Source: Rubrivivax sp. (lineage in GTDB: Bacteria > Pseudomonadota > Gammaproteobacteria > Burkholderiales > Burkholderiaceae_C). From it: a DNA stretch of 64,000 nt. Under the pieces are notes generated by a model. It worked only from the letters and a program-made list of their open reading frames with translations. It was not told the DNA's origin and ran no database searches. Below are positions 1 to 9,663 of this stretch, in pieces (within the stretch, counting starts at the first letter, position 1; each line of letters starts with the position of its first letter). The stretch covers positions 13,205 through 77,204 of the forward strand of contig JAXHKY010000005.1 of assembly GCA_034522875.1 (NCBI GenBank), given 5' to 3'. Position numbers and translations under genes: made by a program.

Positions 1-402
1 GAACGCGGCCGGCGACAGGATCGGAAACCGGTCCGCCAGCGCCAGCAGATCCTTGTCGCCGGTCACCAGGACATCGGCCGCGCCAGCCATCAACAGGGCC
101 AGGATGGGCACGTCGTCCGGGTCGCGCAGGCCGGCCGCGGCAGCCTGTTGCAGCAGGTCAGGGTCCAGCGGCACCAGGTCGCAGCGCAGGCGCAGCGTGT
201 CGATGAAGTCGGTCAGATCGTGCGGCGCCACGTTCAGGCGCGGTGCCAGATGGGCGCTGGTGCGCACCAGCTCGTCGATCAGGAACTCCGACAGCACCAG
301 ATCGAAAGCGCCGGCACGCCAGCCTGCCACCAGCCGTGACGGCGGGCCGCCGGGGAACAACAGTCCTGACACCAGCACGTTGGTGTCGAGTACCAGCCGC
401 AT
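1..402 (-). CDS. PIN-domain toxin of a type II TA system (3' end runs off the window)
   Basis: Manual translation from ATG 402: MRLVLDTNVLVSGLLFPGGPP...LRDPDDVPILAL...LVTGDKDLL. These are the conserved PIN acidic motifs (DTN, DPDD, TGD). Not in the ORF track because there is no stop in the window. Confidence 0.9.
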   Translation of the reverse strand, partial: MRLVLDTNVLVSGLLFPGGPPSRLVAGWRAGAFDLVLSEFLIDELVRTSAHLAPRLNVAPHDLTDFIDTLRLRCDLVPLDPDLLQQAAAAGLRDPDDVPILALLMAGAADVLVTGDKDLLALADRFPILSPAAF

Positions 403-411
403 GTCTTGGGC

Positions 412-810
412 TCAGCGCGGCGCGGCCGACTTGCGCTTCGGCTTGGCCTGCGGCGCCGGCCTGGCGGCTTTGCGGGCGGGTTTGGCGGCCGGTTCGGCAG
501 GCAGCGCAGGCAGCCGCCCAGCGGCACGCCAGGCGGCCGCCGTCTCGCGGCGCGCCCGCTTCGCTGCCGCGTCGATGGCGGCCACGCCCTCGGCCTGGGG
601 CACCCCGGCATGGCCTTGCGCCAGCCGGTCGCACAGCGCGTCGAAACGCTCCTGCATCTGGCGTATGCGCAGGAACAGGCGCGCATCGATCAGTGCCGCC
701 ACCGGCTTGCCGTCCTTCTTGATCAGCACGCTGTCGTTGCGGTACTGCACGATGTTGAGCATCTCGCCCAGGTTCTGGCGAAAGGCGACGGCGCTGGTTT
801 CGGTGATCAT
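412..810 (-). CDS. Phd/YefM-family antitoxin
   Basis: MITETSAVAFRQNLGEMLNIVQYRNDSVLIKKDGKPVAALI is a Phd-type N-terminus. GGAG RBS upstream; directly precedes the PIN gene. Confidence 0.85.
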   Translation of the reverse strand: MITETSAVAFRQNLGEMLNIVQYRNDSVLIKKDGKPVAALIDARLFLRIRQMQERFDALCDRLAQGHAGVPQAEGVAAIDAAAKRARRETAAAWRAAGRLPALPAEPAAKPARKAARPAPQAKPKRKSAAPR

Positions 811-823
811 CGCAGGCTCCAAT

Positions 824-836
824 GACCAGTATGGTC
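824..836. promoter_or_regulatory. Probable TA autoregulatory operator
   Basis: Palindrome GACCA-gta-TGGTC just upstream of the antitoxin RBS. Confidence 0.45.
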
Positions 837-847
837 GATATGATCGT

Positions 848-1025
848 TCAGCTTACCACGCCCGCCACGAGGCCGCGCACGTCGATCTTGCCGGTGACGG
901 CGGCAGAGATGAGGGCGGAGCGGCGTTCCCTGAGCAGTTCAACTGACCTCTCAGCCTCAGCAAGAAGGCCACCTATGTTGGTTGCGATCTTGTTCAAGTG
1001 CTCGACGATGTCGTCCCGACAGTTT
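848..1025 (-). pseudogene. hsdS: C-terminal remnant of type I R-M specificity subunit
   Basis: DDIVEHLNKIATNIGGLLAEAERSVELLRERRSALISAAVTGKIDVR is the typical HsdS C-terminal helix. No target-recognition domains present. Confidence 0.85.
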
Positions 1026-1074
1026 TCCGAGCACCGGGTGATCCATTCGCCAACGCCCGTCCACCGTCTGCTCT

Positions 1075-1713
1075 GTTGCCCGCCGTGGGGTCGTACATGG
1101 TGCGCACCACGCCCGGCCTGGTCAGCGCCTCGTTGTCCTCGATGAACGGCAGGTCCACCATCAGGCGGATCACCTCGCGCGGGGTGAAGTGCTCGCCGGC
1201 CGTCTCGTTCGAGAGTTCCGCGAACTTGCGGATCAGTTCCTCGAACACCAGGCCCATCTGCACGTTGTCGACCTCGGCCGGGCTCAGCCTGAAGCCGGCG
1301 AACTTCTCGGTGACGAGGTACAGCAGCTTGGCCTTGTGCAGCCGCTCGACCGTGGCCGCGAAGTCGAAGTGCTCGAAGATCGAGCGCACGTCGGGCGCGA
1401 AGCCCTGGATGTAGCTGTCCAGGTTGGCGCGGATGTTGTCCTGGTCGCCCATGACAAGCCCCAAGTCCAGCGACGAGACGTTGTAGAAGTCCAGACCGGC
1501 CACGCGCTTGACGAAGGGCTCGAAGGCGATGCCGGCGGCCTGCTTCGCGGCGTGTTGCTTGAGCACCGCCGCCTTGGTGGGGGCGAGGACGCAGTCCAGG
1601 CGCCGCAGTACCGTGAACGGCAGGATGACGCGGCCGTACTCGCTCTGCTTGAAATCGCCGCGCAGGAGGTCGGCGACGGACCAGATGAGGGCGGACAAGG
1701 TCTGCTGGTTCAT
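1075..1713 (-). pseudogene. hsdM: N-terminal part of type I R-M methyltransferase, truncated within motif I
   Basis: LSALIWSVADLLRGDFKQSEYGRVILPFTVLRRLDC...AGEHFTPREVI...YDPTAG, after which similarity ends. No NPPF catalytic motif. Confidence 0.9.
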
Positions 1714-1792
1714 GGATCGCTCTGTGCCTCGTGCCCGCTACCGGATCAAGCTCATCATGCCGTGGCGCTCCGAACAAGCATGGGGCTGGGCG

Positions 1793-2191
1793 TCACCTTG
1801 CGCGTCCGGCGCTGGCCAGCATGGCCGCCATGCGCTCGTGGATCAGGTTGACGGCCTTCAGCGGGCGGACCATGACCTTGAACTCGACAATCTTGTCGTT
1901 CTGGTTCCACTTCACGATATCGACGCCGTTGACCAGGATGCCGTCGATCGTCGTCTCGAATTCCAGCATGGCGTCGCGCTCGCCGACGATCTCTCTCACG
2001 TACTTGAACGTCGGGTTGAAGAAGACGGTGAAGGCTGCGGTCAGGTAGGCCGCGGTGACGGCTTTGCCGACCTGGGGCGTGTGCACGACTGGCGAGATGA
2101 AGACCGCGTCATCGGCCAGCAAGGCGTGCAGGCCCGAAGGGTCGTGTGCCTGCACCAGACGGTGCCAAGCGTCGATTGCGGGGGTGCTCAT
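1793..2191 (-). CDS. NTF2/SnoaL-like protein
   Basis: LLADDAVFISPVVHTPQVGK...NGVDIVKWN...VMVRPLKA, 132 aa. Confidence 0.85.
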   Translation of the reverse strand: MSTPAIDAWHRLVQAHDPSGLHALLADDAVFISPVVHTPQVGKAVTAAYLTAAFTVFFNPTFKYVREIVGERDAMLEFETTIDGILVNGVDIVKWNQNDKIVEFKVMVRPLKAVNLIHERMAAMLASAGRAR

Positions 2192-2365
2192 GGCTGGAGC
2201 TTACTGCGGGTGTCGGTCGGTCTGGCGCTCCGGTGTCTGCCCTCCGGCGCTCTTGATGGCCTGGACTGTGAGTTCGCGGCCGAACCCGGGTGCTGTCTTT
2301 GGCGAGGGCATTGATCGAATGATGGCTGTCTATGACCCCGACCCGCGCGGGTTCGACCCCGCCAT

Positions 2366-2857
2366 TCATCCCGCGCCCTTGAAGCCGCTGTTCGCACGAT
2401 CGTCCCTGGCGCCGCCGCGCACCTGGCCGGGGGCGAAGTCGTGGTCGAAAGCGCCGTAGTCGGGCAGGCCGTTGCGGTGCGTGACCAGCTGGCGCACGGT
2501 GTGCCCCGCGTAGGGGTACTCGGGCACGTGGCGCGATACCGCGTCGTCCAGCGACAGTCGGCCTTCGGCTACCAGTTCCCACACCGCGGCGGCGGTCATG
2601 GTCTTGGCCAGCGAGCCGCCGTCGCTGGCGGTGTCGGTGGTGAAGGGTCGGTCGGGGTCGCGCTGCGCCAGGCCCATGGCGCGCTCGTACACGACACGGC
2701 CGTCGCGCATCAGCACCACGGCGCCGCTGAAGCCGGTGCTGTCCACAAGTTCGTCAAGCACGCGGTCGGCTTGGGCCTGCAAGGTGGCCTGCGGTGGCAC
2801 GGCGGCACAGCCGGCCAGCAACAGGGCGAACAGAAGGTGGAGCGTTGACAGGCGCAT
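2366..2857 (-). pseudogene. Truncated serine hydrolase (beta-lactamase class C-like) lipoprotein
   Basis: Lipobox LAGC, GSLAK (SxxK), LSLDD, TVRQLVTHRNGL. Ends after ~163 aa, before the YxN motif. Confidence 0.75.
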
Positions 2858-2984
2858 GGGTTGGCACTCACGGGTAACGGTCCCGAAGCGCCGTGCAGTT
2901 TCGGTCAATGCCAGGTCGATAGGCCGCCGCTCCATCGAGCGGGCGCCACGGAATCCGTGGCTTTCGGAGGATACGGAATTCAAC

Positions 2985-3014
2985 CACCTCTTCCCACCTC
3001 TTCCCACCTCTTCC
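2985..3014. repeat. Tandem repeat (CACCTCTTCC)x3
   Basis: Seen directly; intergenic. Confidence 0.8.
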
Positions 3015-3235
3015 CAGCCTCGGCGAAGAAGGTCGCGGCACACTTGCGCACCAGCCTATGCAGCGTGCTCTCTCCGACCGCTGGCGCTCGCAGTGGCTCG
3101 GGGCGCCAATGGGCGCCCGCCGGGGCTGCTGGCCGATGGCTTGCACGCAAGGCCCCCGAAGTGGTGGGCCCGCACGGTCCCAAGCCTTGCGCTGCGCCTC
3201 GATCGCCCTCAGTGCCGCATGCCGATGGGCCGATG

Positions 3236-5620
3236 TCAGCCCTCGAAGTACGCAACGTACTCCAGGCCCGTCTGGGCCAGACCGACGAGGTCGACATTGA
3301 GCTCGTTGAAGTCCGAGTCGGCCGCGTACACGCCCAGGCCGGCCACCGTGAACGCGTGGCTGTCGAGCAGGTTGACGAATTCGGCCATCTCGTCGTTCGA
3401 GGGCGCAGAGCCGATGACGTTGGTGTACAGCAGGTCCACGACCGCCCGGTGGCTGGCGCCCGCGCCGAGCCGGGCATCGATGGCCAGCTGCATCAGGCCC
3501 TCGTAGCTCATGCCGGTGTCGATGTAATGGAGGCCGATGCCTGCGTAGACCTCGTCGTTCACCGCCGCCTCGCCGAACACCGCACCCAGGATCTTGGCCA
3601 CGGTGCCCGCGCCGCTGTCGAGGTCCAGCGCCACGTTCACGTCGGCGAACTGCAGCCGCTCGATGCCGCTCAGCTGGTCGGTGCCCTCCACGGCCGTGGT
3701 GTCGGTGACGGTCCAGCCGGCGCCGCCTTTGGCAAGGGTGAAGCCGGTCCGCAGGCCGCCAAAGACAACGAGGTCGGTGCCGGCCGCGCCTTCGATCGAG
3801 TCATTGCCCGGCCCGCCCGTCAAGCTGTCGTTGCCCGCCAGGCCGTAGAGATGGTCATCACCCACGGTGCCCGTGAGCACGTCGGGGCCGTCGGTGCCGA
3901 ACTGCACGGTGCCGGGCGCGGCAAGGGTGTAGGCCAGGCCGTTCTGACTCAGGCCGCCGAAGTCGATGCGCGCCGCGTTCTGCGCCGTGTGCGCAGCCAG
4001 CAACGCCAGTGCGGCCTGGGTCAGGGTGCCTCCGTCGAGCAGGGGCACATAGGTGGCCAGCTCGGCAGCACTCGGCGCGACGCCAAACACGTTCGTGTAG
4101 ACCAGGCGAACGAAGTCGGTGTTGCCGTGCGAACCGGCCAGCTGGGCAAAGCGCTCCGACGCCACCGCCACGGCTGCCATCTGCTCGTCGCTGGCGCCGT
4201 TGTCCAGCAGACTGAGGTATTGGCCGACCAGGACGCTGTCTTCCATGGCCTGGGCACCGAACAGGGCGCCCAGCAGTCTGGCCACGCTGCCGGCGTTGCC
4301 ATCCAGGTCCAGCGCCAGCCGGGCGTCGGAGAACTGCAGCCGCTCGATGCCGGTGAGACCGTCATGGCCGTCGGCACCGACGTTGTCGATGACACTCCAG
4401 CCGCCCGCGGTGCTGTGCACGCCGTAGGCCGCGCGTTGACCGCTGTAGACGGCGACGTCGATGCCCGCGCCGCCGTCCAGATCGTCGTTGCCAGCCCCGC
4501 CGGTGAGCGTGTCGCTGCCCGCCAGCCCCGCCATCGTGTCCCTGCCGACCGTGCCGGTCAGCTCGTCGGCCTGCGCCGTGCCGGTCACCTCGTTCGCGAC
4601 CGTCTCGAAGTTGTAGCTCGCGGTGCCGGCATGGTCGTTGCCGGCGAGGTCACGCACCGCCCCGGCAGCGATTTCGAGCACGTAGCCCATGCCCGGAATC
4701 AGATCGAGCGTGGGGTCGATGGTCAGCGACCCTTCGGAGATGCTCAGATTCGCGCTGGTGGCAGCGTCGAAAGCCTCCACCACCTGGCCCGCAGCGGTCT
4801 TCAGCGTGATGTTGCCCGTACCCCGCTGCACCGCTTCGCTGAAAGTGACCACGATGTCGCTGCCGGGCGCGACACCGCTGGCCTCGTCGGCCGGGCTGAA
4901 CGTGGCCACGGTCGGTGCCGTGGTGTCGCCTTCCAGGGACGGCCCGTGGATCGAATTCAAGCCATAGTTGCCGCGCAGGCCGTCTTCGCCGTAGATCCAG
5001 CGCAGGGCCAGCAGGTCGTAGTCCTGGAACGTCGTCTTGTTCTCTCCCACCGAGGTGTAGGACATCACCGTGTTGTCGGTGTTGTCCTCGTCTGCCGGCA
5101 AGAGGTATTGCCCGTCGAACGGGTGCCCCAGCCCCAGGGCATGGCCGATCTCGTGCAGCAGGGTCTGGTAGCCGCTCGACCCCGCGGTGGGGTTGACGTT
5201 GGTCGACTCAAACTCGGCGTTGTCCAGGTAGATGAACGCTTCGGCGGAATAGTCGGTCACGCTGTCGGCGAGGGTGGACCAGCTCTCGCGCGTGGTCGCC
5301 AGCCCGGTCACTTCGTCTCCCGCGATGTTGCAGGCACCGAAGTGCAGATCCGCCTCGGCGCCCGACGGGGTGGCCACGAAACCGATGCCGCAGACGCTCG
5401 ACACGTGGTCCAGGATCTGCATGGCGGCCGCCTGTTGGGCCGCATTGAACGCGGTCAAGACAGGCGCGGTCGCCTCTTCGATGACACTGAGGTCGAAGGT
5501 GTAGTACAGCGTCGTGCGGGCGGGCAACAGGAAGTTCCAGTCGGCCATCTGCCCCAGCAGCGCGTCGGCGCGCAGGTCGCCAGAGTAGCGAACGGTCGTG
5601 AGGTCGGCGACTATGGTCAT
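3236..5620 (-). CDS. Secreted metzincin (M10/serralysin-like) metalloprotease with Ig-like domain, RTX Ca-binding repeats and duplicated DUF4214-like modules
   Basis: HEIGHALGLGH zinc motif, Met-turn TVMSY, DTTAPTV...IVVTFSEAV Ig-like segment, GGAGNDDL/GLAGNDSL nonapeptides. Start could extend to 5671. Confidence 0.88.
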   Translation of the reverse strand: MTIVADLTTVRYSGDLRADALLGQMADWNFLLPARTTLYYTFDLSVIEEATAPVLTAFNAAQQAAAMQILDHVSSVCGIGFVATPSGAEADLHFGACNIAGDEVTGLATTRESWSTLADSVTDYSAEAFIYLDNAEFESTNVNPTAGSSGYQTLLHEIGHALGLGHPFDGQYLLPADEDNTDNTVMSYTSVGENKTTFQDYDLLALRWIYGEDGLRGNYGLNSIHGPSLEGDTTAPTVATFSPADEASGVAPGSDIVVTFSEAVQRGTGNITLKTAAGQVVEAFDAATSANLSISEGSLTIDPTLDLIPGMGYVLEIAAGAVRDLAGNDHAGTASYNFETVANEVTGTAQADELTGTVGRDTMAGLAGSDTLTGGAGNDDLDGGAGIDVAVYSGQRAAYGVHSTAGGWSVIDNVGADGHDGLTGIERLQFSDARLALDLDGNAGSVARLLGALFGAQAMEDSVLVGQYLSLLDNGASDEQMAAVAVASERFAQLAGSHGNTDFVRLVYTNVFGVAPSAAELATYVPLLDGGTLTQAALALLAAHTAQNAARIDFGGLSQNGLAYTLAAPGTVQFGTDGPDVLTGTVGDDHLYGLAGNDSLTGGPGNDSIEGAAGTDLVVFGGLRTGFTLAKGGAGWTVTDTTAVEGTDQLSGIERLQFADVNVALDLDSGAGTVAKILGAVFGEAAVNDEVYAGIGLHYIDTGMSYEGLMQLAIDARLGAGASHRAVVDLLYTNVIGSAPSNDEMAEFVNLLDSHAFTVAGLGVYAADSDFNELNVDLVGLAQTGLEYVAYFEG

Positions 5621-6166
5621 GACTGAAGGATCCGGGTCTCGGTGAAACGCAACACGTGTGTCGATCGGCACCAGCGCCGGGGCTTGAACCCGTCGGCCGC
5701 GCGCGCCGCACGCGCAGCCACGGCATTCTGTGCCGCCTTGAGCTGGTCAAGCACCTGTGCCTGCTGCACCTGAAGCTGGATTATGTCCAGTGCGGCGCGT
5801 GGTCGCACTGCAGATCGCAAGCGCTGGCGCGGCTTGCCCGCCTGCGCCGCGCCACAACCTCTCATGACTGGGGTCTACTCATGATGGCCGTCAGCGTGAG
5901 TCGGTCTGTCCAGGACGAATGGCCGGTACCGACCATTGCAGGCCCACGACCGCATTTGCCGAAGATGGCCGACCCGCCTGCGCGGGCATCGCAGCGGCCA
6001 TGGCGATCGCCAGTGCGGCTTTGGGGCCGGACCGAACCATGGCGAACCGGGCGCCCGTGGTGCCGGGGTCGTGGTCACGCCATGCGTCGGGAAGGCGGAT
6101 CCGCGCTGATCGCCGGCAATGCGTAGGTCGAGCCGGTCAGGGTTGAGGGCAGGAAGCGGCGCTCCA

Positions 6167-6643
6167 TCACGGTTGAAGCACGAAGCCCAGGCTCCGGTAC
6201 AGACTGACGGCCTCGTGGTTGGCGAGCGTGACGAACAGATGCAGTTCGCTCTCTCCGGCGGCATGCAGTCGCTGCATGCTGTGCAGCATGCAGGCTCGGC
6301 CAAGCCCCTGACGCTTGAAGCGAACGTCCGTCATCGTGAAGGCCACAAGCGGCTGGTCTTGCCAGCGAATGACGAGCGTCGCGCAAGCCAGCACGCCGTC
6401 GCGTTCGATGACATGCGAGGCCGTCCACAGGAACACCCCCTTGTCTCCGGCCAAGGTCTGACGCACCTCGTCCAGAGCATCGGCCTCGTCTTCGCCTTCG
6501 TAGTCGATCGTGCCGACGTAGGCACGCATCATCAGTGCCGCAAGTGCGGCTTCGTCCGACTGGGCGGGATGCCTCATCCCGGCGATCAGAGGCACCGTGA
6601 TCGGGTGGAGGAGGGCCCGCATTCGACCGCGTTCGTGTGTCAT
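6167..6643 (-). CDS. GNAT-family N-acetyltransferase
   Basis: FKRQGLGRA acetyl-CoA motif and N..AVSLYRSLGF. Confidence 0.85.
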   Translation of the reverse strand: MTHERGRMRALLHPITVPLIAGMRHPAQSDEAALAALMMRAYVGTIDYEGEDEADALDEVRQTLAGDKGVFLWTASHVIERDGVLACATLVIRWQDQPLVAFTMTDVRFKRQGLGRACMLHSMQRLHAAGESELHLFVTLANHEAVSLYRSLGFVLQP

Positions 6644-7168
6644 GGGTCAATCCCTCGCAAAGCTGGATTCAGGCATCACGGCGCATCCATTGCGCGGGGG
6701 TGATCTTGTACAGGAGTGCCGCCGGCCGCGCGGTGACCGCTCGCGCCGCCAAGACATCACAGATAGAAACCATACCTGCTCAGAAGATCAGCATCGAGCC
6801 CGACCCGCTGGTGGAAGTGGTGCGCCGCCACGTGCATCTGTCGCCCAGCCTCGCCAAGATCATCAAGGGCGACTTCATGCGCCTGTTTCAGAACCCGACC
6901 GTCGCAGGCTCGCGCACGTCCGCCACGGCCCAGCCGGCCGCAGAAACCGACCCGGGGCTCTGCACCCAGGAAGCGGCCGAGCTTGTCGGCGTAACGCGCC
7001 CGTATATCGTGGCGCGCATTGAATGGGGGACATCCCCATGCACCAGCAGGTGGGCAACCAGCGACACGTATTGAAGTCCTCCGCCTGACACCGCCGCGAA
7101 CATACACGCCGCCGCCGCGCCCTCGGACAACTCGGCGTGGACCTCGACGGCGAGATCCTCGCAGGCTG
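6637..7168 (+). pseudogene. Excisionase-type HTH DNA-binding protein (putative antitoxin) with frameshift and nonsense codon
   Basis: LCTQEAAELVGVTRPYIVARIE continues in another frame as GDIPMHQQVGNQRHVLKSSA*HRREHTRRRRALGQLGVDLDGEILAG*. Confidence 0.7.
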
Positions 7169-7175
7169 ACCTGAG

Positions 7176-7305
7176 GTGGTGGTCCCCGTCGTCGCCGATG
7201 CCGACAGCCTGTTCGGCGGCACCACCCGCGGCTTGCTCATACACCTCGACGACAAGGGACGAATCCGGCTGCTCTGGAGCCCGCTCATCCCGGACGAGTC
7301 GGGCC
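7176..7305 (+). pseudogene. N-terminal remnant of a PIN-domain protein
   Basis: VVPVVADADSLFGGTTRGLLIHLDDKGRIRLLWSPLIPDE resembles the start of PIN proteins paired with excisionase-HTH genes. Confidence 0.55.
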
Positions 7306-7453
7306 CTGCTGCAAACCGCATTCGATCCGCTGGCGCATCTGCCTCGTAATCTGCGCTGATGGCCGGCTCACCGCCAGCACTGCCGAGTCGATTGGCACGT
7401 CTTGCATTCGGTCTTGCCTGACAGCCACGGTCCTTGACTCCATTGCGCGTGCA

Positions 7454-8110
7454 TCACGATGCCTCGATGCCGACTCGCAGCGCCAGAGCAATGACGGCCT
7501 GACGCAAGGCATCGTCGACGCGCAGCGCAGCACTCACACGCGTGCCTGTCAACGCCGAGCCCACACGGTCACCGAACAGCACCAGCGCCTGGTCGCGATC
7601 GCGTTGGCGCGACATCCAGAACAGGCCGTCCAAGTCGGGGCACTGGCGGTGGAATGCTTCGGCCCACTTGGCCGTGTCGGGATAGTCGATGGGCGCACTG
7701 GCAATCAGCTCTGACTTGGGAACCTTCAGGCGATGCAGACCGTCCGTGGTCAGATTGGCCAGGCGCAGAGCACGCTGGGGCACGATCTGTCCGTAGGCAC
7801 GATTCGCGAAGTCGCTCAGGTCCACGAACTTGTCGGGCGCATCGATCGGCACGTTGTGGAACACCGTCTCGAAGATGGCGCCGTCACGTGACGAGCCGCC
7901 ATACAGGTAGGGCACGACGCGCCCCTTGGCGCTTCGGATCGGCGCGAAGCGTGTCGGGTTGCGCAGCTTGCCGGCGCCATCGACGCCGGGATTGAAGCTC
8001 TGCGGGTCGAAGGCCGCATCGTGAATCACGTGAATCAACTGCCCGGCCGGCCATGGCTCGATCAACGGGTCGAGCTTCGCGAGGTCGGGTGGCGGCGGCC
8101 TGCAACTCAA
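7454..8110 (-). CDS. RES-domain toxin (NAD+ phosphorylase-like family)
   Basis: Conserved R (TRFAP), E (AIFETVFH), S (GLFWMSRQ) and ALVLFGDRV. TTG start overlaps the upstream stop (TTGA). Confidence 0.88.
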   Translation of the reverse strand: MSCRPPPPDLAKLDPLIEPWPAGQLIHVIHDAAFDPQSFNPGVDGAGKLRNPTRFAPIRSAKGRVVPYLYGGSSRDGAIFETVFHNVPIDAPDKFVDLSDFANRAYGQIVPQRALRLANLTTDGLHRLKVPKSELIASAPIDYPDTAKWAEAFHRQCPDLDGLFWMSRQRDRDQALVLFGDRVGSALTGTRVSAALRVDDALRQAVIALALRVGIEAS

Positions 8111-8802
8111 GCGCCGCTCCCTGCCGCATCACGCTGCGCCGCCTGCACCACGGCGTCCGGCGCCGAGGCCAGCAGATCGACCGGTCGTGCCTGCCCCTGC
8201 AGCCAGCCGTTGTTCGAAGTGAACCACAGCGCGATCTTCCACGGCGCCTTGCGCTCGCCAAAGGCTGCGAGCACACCCTGCACCGCCTTGATCGGCTTGT
8301 GGTCGTCGAACTGGAAGAGCGGGAAGACCTCGCGCTGCTTGCCCGACTCGTCCCGGTGGCGAACCGCAAACACCTGGCGGCGCTTCTTCCAGTTGTCGGC
8401 CAGCGCGTTGCGGTTCGCGGCGCGCGACTGGTTCGCATCAGCCAGCTGCTCTGCGCTGACGAAACCAAACTCGTTCAGAACCCTCGCATGGCGCGCGGCA
8501 AGGCGCTGTGCCATCTGGGTATCGACGGCACTCGGCACGACCATCTGCCCAGCCATGAAGTCGACCAGGGCTTCGAGCTTCTGTTCGCGCACTTCGGAAG
8601 TCTTTTCCGACAGCAACCGGCCGAGCACCGGCACGACTGCTTCCAGGACCTTGGACAACACGTCGCTCTGGACCCGGATCAGGTAGGTGTGCCCAGACTG
8701 GCCAGGCGCAGACGGACGCGGCCCCGTGCCTGCCCCGGGAGCCCAGGGCTGGAGCGTCAGGACGCCGTCCTGAAGCGCGGCGGAAGAAGTTGTCTTGCTC
8801 AT
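8107..8802 (-). CDS. RES-associated antitoxin (HTH plus MbcA/ParS-like C-terminus)
   Basis: SAEQLA HTH-like segment, WKKRRQVFAV, FPLFQF, IALWFTSNNGWLQGQARPVDLL. Translationally coupled to the RES gene. Confidence 0.8.
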   Translation of the reverse strand: MSKTTSSAALQDGVLTLQPWAPGAGTGPRPSAPGQSGHTYLIRVQSDVLSKVLEAVVPVLGRLLSEKTSEVREQKLEALVDFMAGQMVVPSAVDTQMAQRLAARHARVLNEFGFVSAEQLADANQSRAANRNALADNWKKRRQVFAVRHRDESGKQREVFPLFQFDDHKPIKAVQGVLAAFGERKAPWKIALWFTSNNGWLQGQARPVDLLASAPDAVVQAAQRDAAGSGA

Positions 8803-8822
8803 CGGGCAGCACCTTGATGAAG

Positions 8823-8850
8823 TTGACAAAATTGTAGTACTTCTAGTCAA
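8823..8850. promoter_or_regulatory. AT-rich imperfect palindrome, likely promoter/operator of the RES TA operon
   Basis: TTGACAAAA...TTCTAGTCAA immediately upstream of the antitoxin start. Confidence 0.5.
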
Positions 8851-9131
8851 TATCGTCAGCTTGCGGGGACCTGGACGGCGTCAGGCTTACGGTCCTGCCC
8901 CACGGGGAACCGGCCGGCATCTCTGACCCCGTTCCGATCCCCCAAACCGGCGGGGCTGAGCAAAGCCGACGAGGCGCGCGGGCCGCAGGCATTCGATAGA
9001 CCTGCTAGTCGGGAACCCATTGCATTTCCTGGTGCGGCGCGTATAAGCGGCGTGGGCGTCGCCAGCGCGACGCACCGTGCGAGCGCGGCGCACCTGCCCG
9101 ACGCGCGTGCCACCCACCAGGAGACGATCCC

Positions 9132-9458
9132 ATGAGCCTCTATCTGACCCGAGCCAAGTATTCTCAGGACGCCTTCAAGGGCATGGTCGCGAACCCGTCC
9201 GACCGCGAGGCCGCGGGCAGGGCGATGTTCGAGGCCGCCGGCATCAAGCTTCACCACATGTGGTATTCAGGCAATGGCGAAGTCATCTGCGTCGTCGAAG
9301 GCAACGCGGTTGCGGGGTCGCTCGCCGGCATGGTGGTGATGGCCAGCGGTGGCTTCACCACCGTCGAATCGACCGAGCTCATCACCATGGGGCAGATGGT
9401 CGATGCGATGAAGGGTGCCGGCGCCGTGGCCGCGAAGTTCCGTCCGCCCGGCAAGTAG
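9132..9458 (+). CDS. GYD-domain family protein
   Basis: YLTRAKYSQDAFKGMVANPSDREAAGRAMFEAAGIKL; AGGAG RBS. Confidence 0.8.
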   Translation: MSLYLTRAKYSQDAFKGMVANPSDREAAGRAMFEAAGIKLHHMWYSGNGEVICVVEGNAVAGSLAGMVVMASGGFTTVESTELITMGQMVDAMKGAGAVAAKFRPPGK

Positions 9459-9468
9459 AAAGCGCGCG

Positions 9469-9493
9469 GGCGCATCGGCGGGGCCGATGCGCC
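9469..9493 (+). terminator. GC-rich hairpin after the GYD gene
   Basis: GGCGCATCGGC-ggg-GCCGATGCGCC, perfect 11-bp stem; weak U tract. Confidence 0.5.
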
Positions 9494-9663
9494 TCGATTC
9501 GAAGCAATGCATTGAGGTTGCGCGGCCGATGCCGCCTTGACCTCGGCCTCGGTCTCCACCGCGTCTGCGGAACCCTCCGCGATCTCGAGCGGGTGCGGCC
9601 GGTGGCACCACCGCTTACGGTCGGGGTCACATCATCGTCACGGCCGCGCGGTAGCCTTCGTGC

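Noticed and set aside
2861-5626. Long antisense ORFs (921 aa here; also 32025-35009, 22008-24095, 38721-41015, 59301-61625)
   Set aside because: Shadow frames of real genes in high-GC DNA, with no recognisable motifs.
5617-5865. Small minus-strand ORF with a Gln/Ala-rich helix
   Set aside because: No clear start or RBS and no family resemblance.
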